29,797 bases of DNA from Thermoplasmatota archaeon (GCA_030600725.1 JAUVLN010000001.1:1-29797); one strand, 5' to 3'. Counted from the first letter of the stretch, positions 17,115 to 25,561 are shown. Program-made: numbers and translations. Notes: generated by a model from the letters alone, not told the origin.

Positions 17115-17773
17115 CGGGACAGCCACATCTGATCAACGTGATCGGGCTCAAGAAGAGCGGGAAGACCACGGTCACCGAGGGCATCGTGGCTTCCCTCGGG
17201 GCAAGGGGATACCGCGTCGGCACCGTCAAGTCCATGGTGCAGTCGGTTTTCTCCCTGGATACGGAGGGTAAGGATACCCATCGACACGGCAGGGCCGGCG
17301 CGGAGTTCACGGTCTCCCTCTCCCTGGGGGAGACCGTCCTGCTTCAGCGCCACGACGGAGGAAGAAGGGGGATCGAGGAGATCTCGCACCTCTTCCCTGA
17401 AGGGACCCAGTACGTCGTATGCGAGGGGCTGGAGGATCCAGGGGCACCGCAGCTTCAGGTGGTCTGCCTGCGCGATCCCGAGGATATGGAGAGAACCGTG
17501 CAGGTGAGGATGGTCGATCATAAGAGCATAATATGCCTTTCGGGCCTGATCGCACTGAAGGGGAAGGGGAAACTCCCCTACCCCCTTTTCAACATAATGG
17601 AGCCGTCCGAAAGGGAGGAGCTTGTGGACCTGATCGTGGAACGGACCGGATGGCCGGACCCGGCCGGCAGGCCATCCGGACCGATTGTTGACCATGGTGA
17701 GGATTGGAGGCCGGGAGTTCTCCCTCCAGGGAAGATTCCCGAGGTCCCCCCCATGATCCACGGAGGTGAATGA
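17111..17773 (+). CDS. mobB: Molybdopterin-guanine dinucleotide biosynthesis protein MobB
   Basis: INVIGLKKSGKTT, GYRVGTVK, DTEGKDTHRHGRAGA and VVCEG motifs; TTG 17111 overlaps the upstream TGA (TTGA) after GAGGTGA. Confidence 0.85.
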   Translation: MTGQPHLINVIGLKKSGKTTVTEGIVASLGARGYRVGTVKSMVQSVFSLDTEGKDTHRHGRAGAEFTVSLSLGETVLLQRHDGGRRGIEEISHLFPEGTQYVVCEGLEDPGAPQLQVVCLRDPEDMERTVQVRMVDHKSIICLSGLIALKGKGKLPYPLFNIMEPSEREELVDLIVERTGWPDPAGRPSGPIVDHGEDWRPGVLPPGKIPEVPPMIHGGE

Positions 17774-17774
17774 T

Positions 17775-19259
17775 GTGAAGTGGGGGCCGACCATCGCCGT
17801 GGTATTGATCATACTGCTGGCAGCAGGGGCCTTTTTGATTTTTACCCTGCAGGATGAGGGAACAGGGGCATCATTGACCGTGCTGACCCCTTCCTCCACA
17901 CACGAGGTGGATCTCGAGGAGGGGGCCGTTCCGATCCGTCGGATCATCAAGAACACGGGGATGACATACGACAGCTCGACCGTCCTTGCCACCACCACGG
18001 ATGGGGATATCCTATCCGTGGGCGGTGGGACCGAGATATCGGTGAGGGACGGGAGGTGCCTGCTGGGAGGCGATAGCGAGCTCCTTGGCCTTGCGTGGGG
18101 GGGCGGGATGGAGATCACAACGACCATGTCGGTGGCGAGGACCGCCCTGTGCTCCCTGAACCTCTCCGCTCCCGGGGTCCCCCTGGTGTGGACGGACGTG
18201 GAGAGGGTGGTGGTCCTCGAGCTGGACGGATTGGGTTGGGGCCTGTACTCGAATACCAATGGGATGCTGAACAACCTCTCAGGAATGGATGCGCTGATGC
18301 CGGCGCTGACCGCATATCCGCCCATCACCAATGTCGGTACAGCCATGGCCGTCACCGGCCTGCCGCCAGCGGAGAACGGGATCAGGGCCCGGAGCGATCA
18401 CACCCTGCTCAAGCCGACCTTCCTGGATGTGGGGGGAATAGAAGGGCATTCCACGGCCTGGATCGAGGGCGACAGCGGTTTCCTCGATGCCGATATGGAG
18501 AACAATGTGGATTCGGACGGGGACGGCACCATAGACGACGAGATCCATGAGGTGGTGATGGAGCACCTGAGGGCCGGGACGGAGATCATCCTCGGCCACT
18601 ATCACTCGATAGATGACGCAGGCCACCAGAGCGGCCCTGAAAGCGCGGAACAGATGGATGCGGTGGGGAATATCGATCGCTATATCGGCGAGGTGGCGTC
18701 GTTCCTTGAGAACGGAACAGACCCCTCAATTCTCATCGTATTCTCGGACCACGGCATGCACGAGGATGACGACGGGCTGGGGGTTCACGGGGAGTTTAGA
18801 CATAAGGATATGTTCTCCATCGTCGGCTATGAACTTCTTGGCGGAGCGGAGCCCCTTCCCGAACCCGGCCTTATCATAGCGGGCGACATTTCAAACCCCG
18901 TTGAAATAACATTAGAGGAGTTCGTGGAACTGCCCTCGGTTGAGGCCTACCTTGTGGTCAAGGGGTCGAAGGGAGATGAGGGTGGAAACTACAGGGGCGT
19001 GGAGCTGTCGACCGTAATGGAACTGTATACCTCCGGAGACGTCGTAACCATTCGGCTCTCGGCAATCGATGGATACACCGTCACACTCCCCGGGCATTAT
19101 GCCGATGAGGGGAGCGGCGTGATCCTTGCATACGAGAAGGACGGCGAGGGCCTCGGAGATGACGGCCCCATCAGGCTGATCGTCCCCCAATCCCTGGCCG
19201 GGGAGTATAACGGCCAGGAGTGCCTCAAGGGCGTGATAAAGCTGGAGGTGAACCGCTGA
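17775..19259 (+). CDS. Secreted alkaline-phosphatase/NPP-superfamily hydrolase fused to a sulfite-oxidase-fold domain
   Basis: Signal anchor; LELDGLG, YPPITNVG..MAVTGLPPAENGI, HYHSIDDAGHQSGP and VFSDHGMH motifs; C-terminal YRGVEL...AIDGY...YEKDG...GPIRLIVP...LKGVIKLEV. GTG 17775 follows GGAGGTGA. Confidence 0.8.
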   Translation: MKWGPTIAVVLIILLAAGAFLIFTLQDEGTGASLTVLTPSSTHEVDLEEGAVPIRRIIKNTGMTYDSSTVLATTTDGDILSVGGGTEISVRDGRCLLGGDSELLGLAWGGGMEITTTMSVARTALCSLNLSAPGVPLVWTDVERVVVLELDGLGWGLYSNTNGMLNNLSGMDALMPALTAYPPITNVGTAMAVTGLPPAENGIRARSDHTLLKPTFLDVGGIEGHSTAWIEGDSGFLDADMENNVDSDGDGTIDDEIHEVVMEHLRAGTEIILGHYHSIDDAGHQSGPESAEQMDAVGNIDRYIGEVASFLENGTDPSILIVFSDHGMHEDDDGLGVHGEFRHKDMFSIVGYELLGGAEPLPEPGLIIAGDISNPVEITLEEFVELPSVEAYLVVKGSKGDEGGNYRGVELSTVMELYTSGDVVTIRLSAIDGYTVTLPGHYADEGSGVILAYEKDGEGLGDDGPIRLIVPQSLAGEYNGQECLKGVIKLEVNR

Positions 19260-19768
19260 AAGCCTTACATCTTCTGGTGCCCGCAGTGGGGATCCTGCTG
19301 ATGGTCGTGGGGACCCTGATATACATGGCATCGGACAGGGTTACCCCCGATGAGGATGACTGGTTCATCCGCGTTTCCGGCATGGTTGGGAACGAGACGG
19401 AGATCCACATGGAGGAGTTCAGGGGGCTGAACACCTCCGTTTTCAGCATGGCGCTCGAGGGCACAGGGGAGGATGGAGAGAAACACGATTACAGGGGAAC
19501 CCCTCTAATGGAGCTGCTCGTCGGACAGGGGTTGTATGAAAATGCCACCGGGGTGGCCGTCCGTGCCGCTGACGGGTACTCCAGATCCTTTTCCATTTCA
19601 GAACTCGATGAGGGCATACTCCTCGTCTACGAGAAGGACGGAAAAGAGCTGAAGGGGAGGTCCGAGGGGGGAGATGGACCCATCCGGCTGATAGTGAGCC
19701 AGGAACATGCGGGAACGTTCAACGCCCAGTACAGCGTGAAGTGGGTCAGCGAGGTGGTGGTCTCATGA
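19256..19768 (+). CDS. Membrane-anchored single sulfite-oxidase-fold (molybdopterin-binding-like) domain protein
   Basis: YRGTPLMELL...AADGYS...LLVYEKDG...GPIRLIV...SVKWVSEVVV; probable CTG start at 19256 overlapping the upstream TGA, SD GGAGGTGA. Confidence 0.75.
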   Translation: MKALHLLVPAVGILLMVVGTLIYMASDRVTPDEDDWFIRVSGMVGNETEIHMEEFRGLNTSVFSMALEGTGEDGEKHDYRGTPLMELLVGQGLYENATGVAVRAADGYSRSFSISELDEGILLVYEKDGKELKGRSEGGDGPIRLIVSQEHAGTFNAQYSVKWVSEVVVS

Positions 19769-20367
19769 GGACCGGGACCCACCTTCTTATCGTCTCCTCC
19801 CTCTCCTTGACCCTGTTGATCTCCATATTCGTCTCGGCCGCATTGACGGATCAAAACGAGGAGGGATGCGACTCGTGCCATGCGGGGAGCCGGCCGGAGG
19901 GCGGATATCAGCTTGAACTGCCTGACATCGTTGTGCTTGCGCCTGACAACGTCTCGTCCGGAGGGTCCTTTCAGCTGCTTGTGAGGATGGTGGAGAGCGA
20001 ACCTTACGACGTGATATCCCCTACAGCATCGCTCGACCTATCCGGCCTCGAGGGCGCGGGGGCGGACAGACTACATGTTGATCTTGAGTTGACGGGCGAA
20101 TATTTCGAGGGCTTCTTCCGGATCCGGGACGTCCACGAGGGGGGGGTCCTGAAGGTGGTCGTTTCATTCACCATACACTACGATCATCCCGACCCGGAGG
20201 ATGGGGATATCGGCACCTACTCGATCGAGAGGTCTCATATGGTCGAGGTTTACGGAGAGGTTCCGGGTGATGAAGAGAGGGGGGATGAGGATACGCCCCT
20301 ACCGCTGATGATCGCGCTTCTCTCCGCTGCGGCCACGGGGGTGATCCTGCGCAGGAAGAGGAGCTAG
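19765..20367 (+). CDS. Secreted CxxCH-containing protein with a C-terminal TM anchor and basic tail
   Basis: Signal peptide, GCDSCH, beta-rich body, LMIALLSAAATGVILRRKRS; ATGA overlap with the upstream gene. Confidence 0.7.
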   Translation: MRTGTHLLIVSSLSLTLLISIFVSAALTDQNEEGCDSCHAGSRPEGGYQLELPDIVVLAPDNVSSGGSFQLLVRMVESEPYDVISPTASLDLSGLEGAGADRLHVDLELTGEYFEGFFRIRDVHEGGVLKVVVSFTIHYDHPDPEDGDIGTYSIERSHMVEVYGEVPGDEERGDEDTPLPLMIALLSAAATGVILRRKRS

Positions 20368-21956
20368 CGGTCTCCCTCCGGGGGATCGGCTTCACCTATC
20401 GTTCAGCCGGCAAAAGCACCCTTTCAGGTCTGGACCTTGAGGTTGAACGGGGGGAATATCTGGGCCTCGCCGGCAGAAGCGGCGGGGGCAAATCCACCCT
20501 GCTCTACATCCTGTCGGGGCTTGCGCCAGGATTGATACGAGGGAGCCTGAAAGGGGAAGGTATCGTTCTGGGAAGAAGGCTCCCTCTCTCCCTCCCCGAC
20601 ATATCAATGGATATCGGGGTTGTGTTCCAATCCCCTGCCGATCTCTTCGTCCAGGGCAGATGCAAGGATGAGATATCATTCTCGCTCCGGTGCAGGGGAG
20701 TAGGTTATGATAAGGCGAATTCTATGGCCGTGCGGGCGGCGGAAGAGCTCGGGATCGCCCATCTGCTGGACCGAAGGAGCAGGGACCTCTCCGGCGGGGA
20801 AAAACAGCTGGTTGCCATTGCATCCTCCCTTGCGGTCAAGCCCAGGGTCCTGATCATGGACGAGCCCTCCTCCCAGCTGGACCCCAGGGGCAGACGGAGA
20901 TTCCAAAACGGCATCGAGAGGATCGGAAGGATCCATCCTGACATCACCATCATACAGATAGAGCAGCGTCTGGACTGCCTTCGTTTCTGCGATCAGGTAG
21001 CGGTCCTGGATGGGGGGAAGATCGTTCACAAGGGCCCCTCCTCCAAGGTATTGATGGGGGACCTGGAGAGGTTTTCCCTGAAGGAGGACCCCATGGTGGG
21101 GGCCTACAGGAAGGCGGTTGAACGGGGGTTCCACGACGGAAGCGGCGTCAGGAGGGGCCTCCTTCGGACCATGGGAGATGCGCTTCGGGGGAAGCTTCCA
21201 CCGGTGGAACACAGGGGGAGGTCCGGCTCTCTCTCCCTCGACCTTGAGGATGTATATTACCGATATCCCGGGTCCGGAGGGGGGATACGGGGATTGAACC
21301 TCTCGTTGAAGGGGATCCGTTCCCTGGCGCTGATGGGTCCCAACGGCTCGGGGAAGTCCACGCTTGGAAAGACGATCGCGTCGCTTATCACCCCGGACAG
21401 GGGCACTGTGATGGTAAATGGAAAGGTGTTCTATCTATTCCAGGAGCCCTCCAACATGTTCTTCTCCGAGACGGTGGAGGATGAGCTGGGGGGACTGGAC
21501 GCGGAGAAGATCGGATTGTTGGAACTGCTTGAACTCTCGGACCTGACGGAGAGGGAGCCGCAGCTTCTCAGCCAGGGCGAGAAACAGAGGCTTGCGATGG
21601 TTCTGGCATTGACATCGGGAAGCGATCTTCTGGTGCTCGACGAGCCCTTCAGGTCCCTGGACGGGGTCATGATACGGAAGGTTAAAGGGCTCCTCAGAGA
21701 GGCGTCCACATCGCCCCACATCATCATAACCAACGACCCCGAGGCGGCCTCCTCCGCGGATCGTATGTTGATCATGAAGGGAGGACGGATCGTCGGAGAT
21801 GGATCTCCGCAGGACCTCCTATCCGACCCGCACATGATGAAGGTCCTCAACTGGCCCATGTACGGTGCGTCCGTCATCGCCCGCAGGTCGGGGATGGGGA
21901 GCGGGGGCAGCTATCATCAGATCAAGCTGGCACTGGATAAGGGGGTGAAGGCCTGA
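20364..21956 (+). CDS. ECF transporter fused double ATPase (EcfA-A')
   Basis: NBD1: GRSGGGKS, VFQ, LSGGEKQ, MDEP. NBD2: GPNGSGKS, LFQ, LSQGEKQ, LDEP. The first Walker A lies upstream of the ORF-track start (20532), so the gene must start earlier; there is no canonical start after the in-frame stop at 20286. Confidence 0.85.
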   Translation, partial: LAVSLRGIGFTYRSAGKSTLSGLDLEVERGEYLGLAGRSGGGKSTLLYILSGLAPGLIRGSLKGEGIVLGRRLPLSLPDISMDIGVVFQSPADLFVQGRCKDEISFSLRCRGVGYDKANSMAVRAAEELGIAHLLDRRSRDLSGGEKQLVAIASSLAVKPRVLIMDEPSSQLDPRGRRRFQNGIERIGRIHPDITIIQIEQRLDCLRFCDQVAVLDGGKIVHKGPSSKVLMGDLERFSLKEDPMVGAYRKAVERGFHDGSGVRRGLLRTMGDALRGKLPPVEHRGRSGSLSLDLEDVYYRYPGSGGGIRGLNLSLKGIRSLALMGPNGSGKSTLGKTIASLITPDRGTVMVNGKVFYLFQEPSNMFFSETVEDELGGLDAEKIGLLELLELSDLTEREPQLLSQGEKQRLAMVLALTSGSDLLVLDEPFRSLDGVMIRKVKGLLREASTSPHIIITNDPEAASSADRMLIMKGGRIVGDGSPQDLLSDPHMMKVLNWPMYGASVIARRSGMGSGGSYHQIKLALDKGVKA

Positions 21957-21964
21957 AGGGGGGC

Positions 21965-22705
21965 TTGAAGGAACTGGATCCCCGCGTGACGTTCATCGGG
22001 GTGATCGTGGTGAGCACGGCCGCATTTGTCCTCGACGGCCCGACAATGCTCCCCCTCCTTCTTATCCTGCTCATCATCTGCATGTACCATTCGGAGGATA
22101 TCCGCAGATACGGAAGGGGCGTTAGGGGGCTTCTGATGATGATGGCCTTCATCGGGTTGGTCCAATCCGTGTATCCGCATGGTGACGGCCTGATCTCTAT
22201 GTCGATCCCGTATGTCGGAGAGTTTTGGGTTTTTTCCGTTATCGGTTTGGAAACAGCTGCGAGGATCATGGGGAGGATCGCCATCCTGGTGATGACCACG
22301 ATGCTCTTTGCATCAACGGTGGATGAGGGTGAGTTCCTGAGGGGGTTGAACAGCTTCAGGATACCCTATCCCGCCATCTTCTCTATCAATCTCGTTCTGC
22401 GTCTGATCCCGGACCTGTCGGAGGATCTGCTGGATATCGAGATGGCCTTCCGGGGTCGGGGCCTGGGCATTAGGAGGGGGTACCTGGGCCGCTGGAGGAA
22501 TTACATCCGTATGATCAAACCGCTCTTTATCAGGCATCTGAGATTGGCCTATCTCATGGGCCTCTCATTGGAGCTGAGGGGGTTTACCGGAAAAAGGCTG
22601 GAAGAACAGGGAAGCGGAAGGGCGCTGAGGCTGTTCGAGAAGGCTATTCTGGCCCTGCTTGTCTCTGGTGAGGTCCTGCTTGTCGCCTGGGGCCTGTTGA
22701 GATGA
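21965..22705 (+). CDS. ecfT: ECF transporter transmembrane T component (EcfT/CbiQ family)
   Basis: LDPRVTF, hydrophobic N-terminal half, LRLIP, AFRGRG and LELRGF coupling-helix motifs. Confidence 0.85.
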   Translation: MKELDPRVTFIGVIVVSTAAFVLDGPTMLPLLLILLIICMYHSEDIRRYGRGVRGLLMMMAFIGLVQSVYPHGDGLISMSIPYVGEFWVFSVIGLETAARIMGRIAILVMTTMLFASTVDEGEFLRGLNSFRIPYPAIFSINLVLRLIPDLSEDLLDIEMAFRGRGLGIRRGYLGRWRNYIRMIKPLFIRHLRLAYLMGLSLELRGFTGKRLEEQGSGRALRLFEKAILALLVSGEVLLVAWGLLR

Positions 22706-22707
22706 TC

Positions 22708-22950
22708 CTACACTCCGCCCAGGCTCGACTCGATGAACGTTTCGGTATGCACGACGCCGGGTATGGAGCGGATCTGGCCGATTATGTTGTTGGCGAGGTC
22801 TTCGGGGTCGTCTCCCTTGACATGCACTATGAAATCGTACTCGCCCAGAAGGGGGTAGGCCTCGATGACAAAATCCAGGGTCTTGAGCTTGCTGAAAACC
22901 TCATGCTCCACGGCAACATCACACTTTACCATCATGAAACCGAATACCAT
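22708..22950 (-). CDS. Stand-alone Lrp/AsnC ligand-binding (RAM) domain protein
   Basis: 80 aa: F.MVKC....V...L...V.EAY.LLGEYDFIVHV...I..IRSIPGVVHTET. Confidence 0.85.
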   Translation of the reverse strand: MVFGFMMVKCDVAVEHEVFSKLKTLDFVIEAYPLLGEYDFIVHVKGDDPEDLANNIIGQIRSIPGVVHTETFIESSLGGV

Positions 22951-23148
22951 AAGCAGGGCAATGACATTGACTAGCTTTTAGCTTTTTCCCCATGTAAGGC
23001 GAATATAATTACTGGCGGATGTCCGGGGAAAAAAGTTATATCAAAGCCCGTAATCCCACACAGGTGATAGGTCCCTGTGGGAAGGTAGTATCTATGCGTT
23101 GTTCAGGACCCGTCACGATAACGTTTCAACGAACCAGGAGTTGTCCAA

Positions 23149-24834
23149 ATGGAGAAAAAGGTAATGAATAGATGGATCATCGTGGTCGGTGCGATCCTCA
23201 TCCAGCTCTGTCTGGGAGCGATCTATGCCTGGTCGGTGTTCACGCCGCCTCTCGTGGCGCCGCTGCCCGATGAAGATCCAATGGAGGATCTTGGCACGGG
23301 CATAATGATAGACGTGGAGGGTGAACTCGCCGTAGGATCGGAGGAGACGATCATCCTCTCCTTCTCGGAGAACGGAGATCCCTATGCTGGATATTCAAAT
23401 GTATCAGTTCTTATGGAATTGAAGGATAAGAACGGAAATATCGTAAAAAGCGAGAAGATGATCCCCTACATCGGTTACGTTTACGATGAAGGAGAGCCAA
23501 TCACCGCAGGTCCTTACGAGAGTGCTTTGGTTGGAAATACCACAACCATAGAGGCAAAGGTGACCAGGAGCGGTACCTGGCACATGATGATCACAGCCTC
23601 TGATGGAGACAATACCACCACATTTGAGGTCGTGCAGAACGTCGGGACCGGAGAGTTCGGATTCACAAAGACCCAGTCCCAGATGATATTCGCCGCCGGC
23701 CTTTTCACATTTGCACTTTTCACCATTTTCGGTGGAAGGCTTTCGAAGAAATATGGGCCGAGAAAGATGGCCATCGCAGGCGGTATCGTTCTCGGATCAG
23801 GATATATCCTTGCCTCATTTGTCGGCGGATCCTTCATCATGATGCTGCTATCCATCGGCATCCTTGGCGGAGCCGGTATCGGTCTTGCCTATGTCGTCCC
23901 GATCGCAGTGGGAGTCAAATGGTTCCCCGACAAGAAGGGGATGATCTCCGGTCTTGCCGTTGCAGGATTCGGATTTGGGGCGCTTCTCTGGATGAAGCTT
24001 TGCACCGGGTTCGTTTTTGGACCCGTCAAGATCACCGGGGACTGGGGCGGCCTCTATGAGTACTTCGACGTCACACAGGTCTTCCTGATCTACGGCATAG
24101 CCTTTGCAGCGGCCGTTATCGGGGGCGGATTGATCATGAGAAATCCCCCGGAGGGGTGGCTTCCAAAAGGATGGGAACCCCCGGAGGTCAAAAAGGATTC
24201 CGCCACAGGTTCCGTTGAGTTCACCTCATCACAGATGAGAAAGACCCCACAATACTGGATGCTGTTCTTCATGTTCATGGTGGGCGCAGGATCTGGCCTC
24301 ATGGTCATCGGGGTCATCAAATTGTTCGGGATAGATGCGTTGCAGGAATCCGGCAGCACGGCCGCAGAAGCATCCGTCATAGCCGGAACCGCGATGGCGC
24401 TCTTCTACTCGCTGGCAAACGGCATCGGACGTATCGCCTGGGGCCTTGTATCCGACAAGATCGGAAGGAAAATGTCATTGATCCTGATGTTCTCCCTGCA
24501 GGGATTGATGATGCTGGCCTTCTTCTTCATTGGCGGCAACGAATACCTGCTCTATGCTGGAGCTGCGGTGATCGGATTCAACTTTGGAGGGAATTTCGCC
24601 CTGTTCCCTGCGGCAACGGCCGACTTCTTCGGAAATAAGACCGTTGGCCTCAACTACGGATGGGTCTTCCTCTCCTATGGATTCGGCGGTATAATCGGAC
24701 CCATTGCAGGTGGCATCATGGGAGACAACGAGGCGTGGATGTGGGCTTTCATACCCGCGGGCATTCTGCTTCTCGCATGTGCCGGTATCGCCTTCATGCT
24801 CAAGCCTCCAAAGGCCCCCGAGCAGGTAGAGTGA
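23149..24834 (+). CDS. MFS transporter, oxalate/formate antiporter (OFA) family, with a large extracytoplasmic insertion
   Basis: NRWIIVVGAILIQLCLGAIYAWSVF, GGRLSKKYGPR, KWFPDKKGMISGLAVAGFGFG, GRIAWGLVSDKIGR and FPAATADFFG.K..GLNYG motifs. Confidence 0.9.
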   Translation: MEKKVMNRWIIVVGAILIQLCLGAIYAWSVFTPPLVAPLPDEDPMEDLGTGIMIDVEGELAVGSEETIILSFSENGDPYAGYSNVSVLMELKDKNGNIVKSEKMIPYIGYVYDEGEPITAGPYESALVGNTTTIEAKVTRSGTWHMMITASDGDNTTTFEVVQNVGTGEFGFTKTQSQMIFAAGLFTFALFTIFGGRLSKKYGPRKMAIAGGIVLGSGYILASFVGGSFIMMLLSIGILGGAGIGLAYVVPIAVGVKWFPDKKGMISGLAVAGFGFGALLWMKLCTGFVFGPVKITGDWGGLYEYFDVTQVFLIYGIAFAAAVIGGGLIMRNPPEGWLPKGWEPPEVKKDSATGSVEFTSSQMRKTPQYWMLFFMFMVGAGSGLMVIGVIKLFGIDALQESGSTAAEASVIAGTAMALFYSLANGIGRIAWGLVSDKIGRKMSLILMFSLQGLMMLAFFFIGGNEYLLYAGAAVIGFNFGGNFALFPAATADFFGNKTVGLNYGWVFLSYGFGGIIGPIAGGIMGDNEAWMWAFIPAGILLLACAGIAFMLKPPKAPEQVE

Positions 24835-24907
24835 TCAATAGGAATACGGGGGGCAAGATGCCCCCCGATAATTTAATTTAAAATATATTGCCGAAGAAAT
24901 GAGATGC

Positions 24908-25078
24908 TCATCTTTTAACGACGGTTATTGGGATAAGGCCCTTATTGAACTCCAGCCTGGCTATCTCGATAGGGTCCACAAGGTCGTCGGGGATCTTCAT
25001 CAAAACGGGGGCTCCCAGTGCGATCTGAAGACCCCTTGCACCGATTATGCGGGACTTCTCAAAACGTGTGAGCCTCAT
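24908..25078 (-). CDS. rpoK: DNA-directed RNA polymerase subunit K (Rpo6)
   Basis: LTRFEKSRIIGARGLQIALGAPVL...DPIEIARLEF..G.IPITV. Confidence 0.97.
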   Translation of the reverse strand: MRLTRFEKSRIIGARGLQIALGAPVLMKIPDDLVDPIEIARLEFNKGLIPITVVKR

Positions 25079-25335
25079 GTTGCGGTCAACGAAGAGGATT
25101 GATATAAACGTATTGCCTTTCATGGCGTATCAGGGAGAATTTAGATATATGGATGAGCGCGTTTATGTGATAATCTCAAAAAACGGATGTCTTATCTAGG
25201 AGAAGTTCATAATTTGAGATTATTATAGCTTTTATGCTCATTCTGAACCTTGACGGCAATGTAATGTAACATTTTTTAGCCAATTAAACATTATAACAAT
25301 AACATTTATATACTCCCTATACATATTGAAATAAT

Positions 25336-25514
25336 ACGCAGTGTACGCACTGTGTCTATAAAGGAACCGAATAGAGAGCGAGGTGATTTTTTTGTTCATC
25401 ACGCATTCAATCCTCTCTTCTTAACCCCTTGCTCTCTATACTCCTTTACCCCAGACCCTGTTTTGTTTTAGCCCATGGTTTTTTCTTATAACACGGTCTG
25501 ATGATCTCTTTTTT
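25336..25514 (+). ncRNA. Candidate structured ncRNA between rpoK and tiaS
   Basis: TTTATATA at 25305-25312, three consecutive stems and a T6 end. Prediction only. Confidence 0.35.
25383..25426 (-). repeat. Second copy of the ~45-bp dispersed repeat (see 2-46)
   Basis: Direct sequence comparison; one indel. Confidence 0.9.
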
Positions 25515-25561
25515 ATCCAGAACCTGTTGCTGTTTAGCCGACAGGCTGTTTGAAAAGGGAT

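Noticed and set aside
17003-18355. 450-aa minus-strand ORF and the many other antisense or alternate-frame ORFs in the GC-rich core
   Set aside because: Shadow ORFs of well-supported genes in high-GC DNA, with no motifs and atypical composition.
21379-21388. 10-nt match (CGTCGCTTAT) to the array loop motif inside the ECF ATPase gene
   Set aside because: A single 10-mer in the same sense, within coding sequence; compatible with chance in 30 kb.
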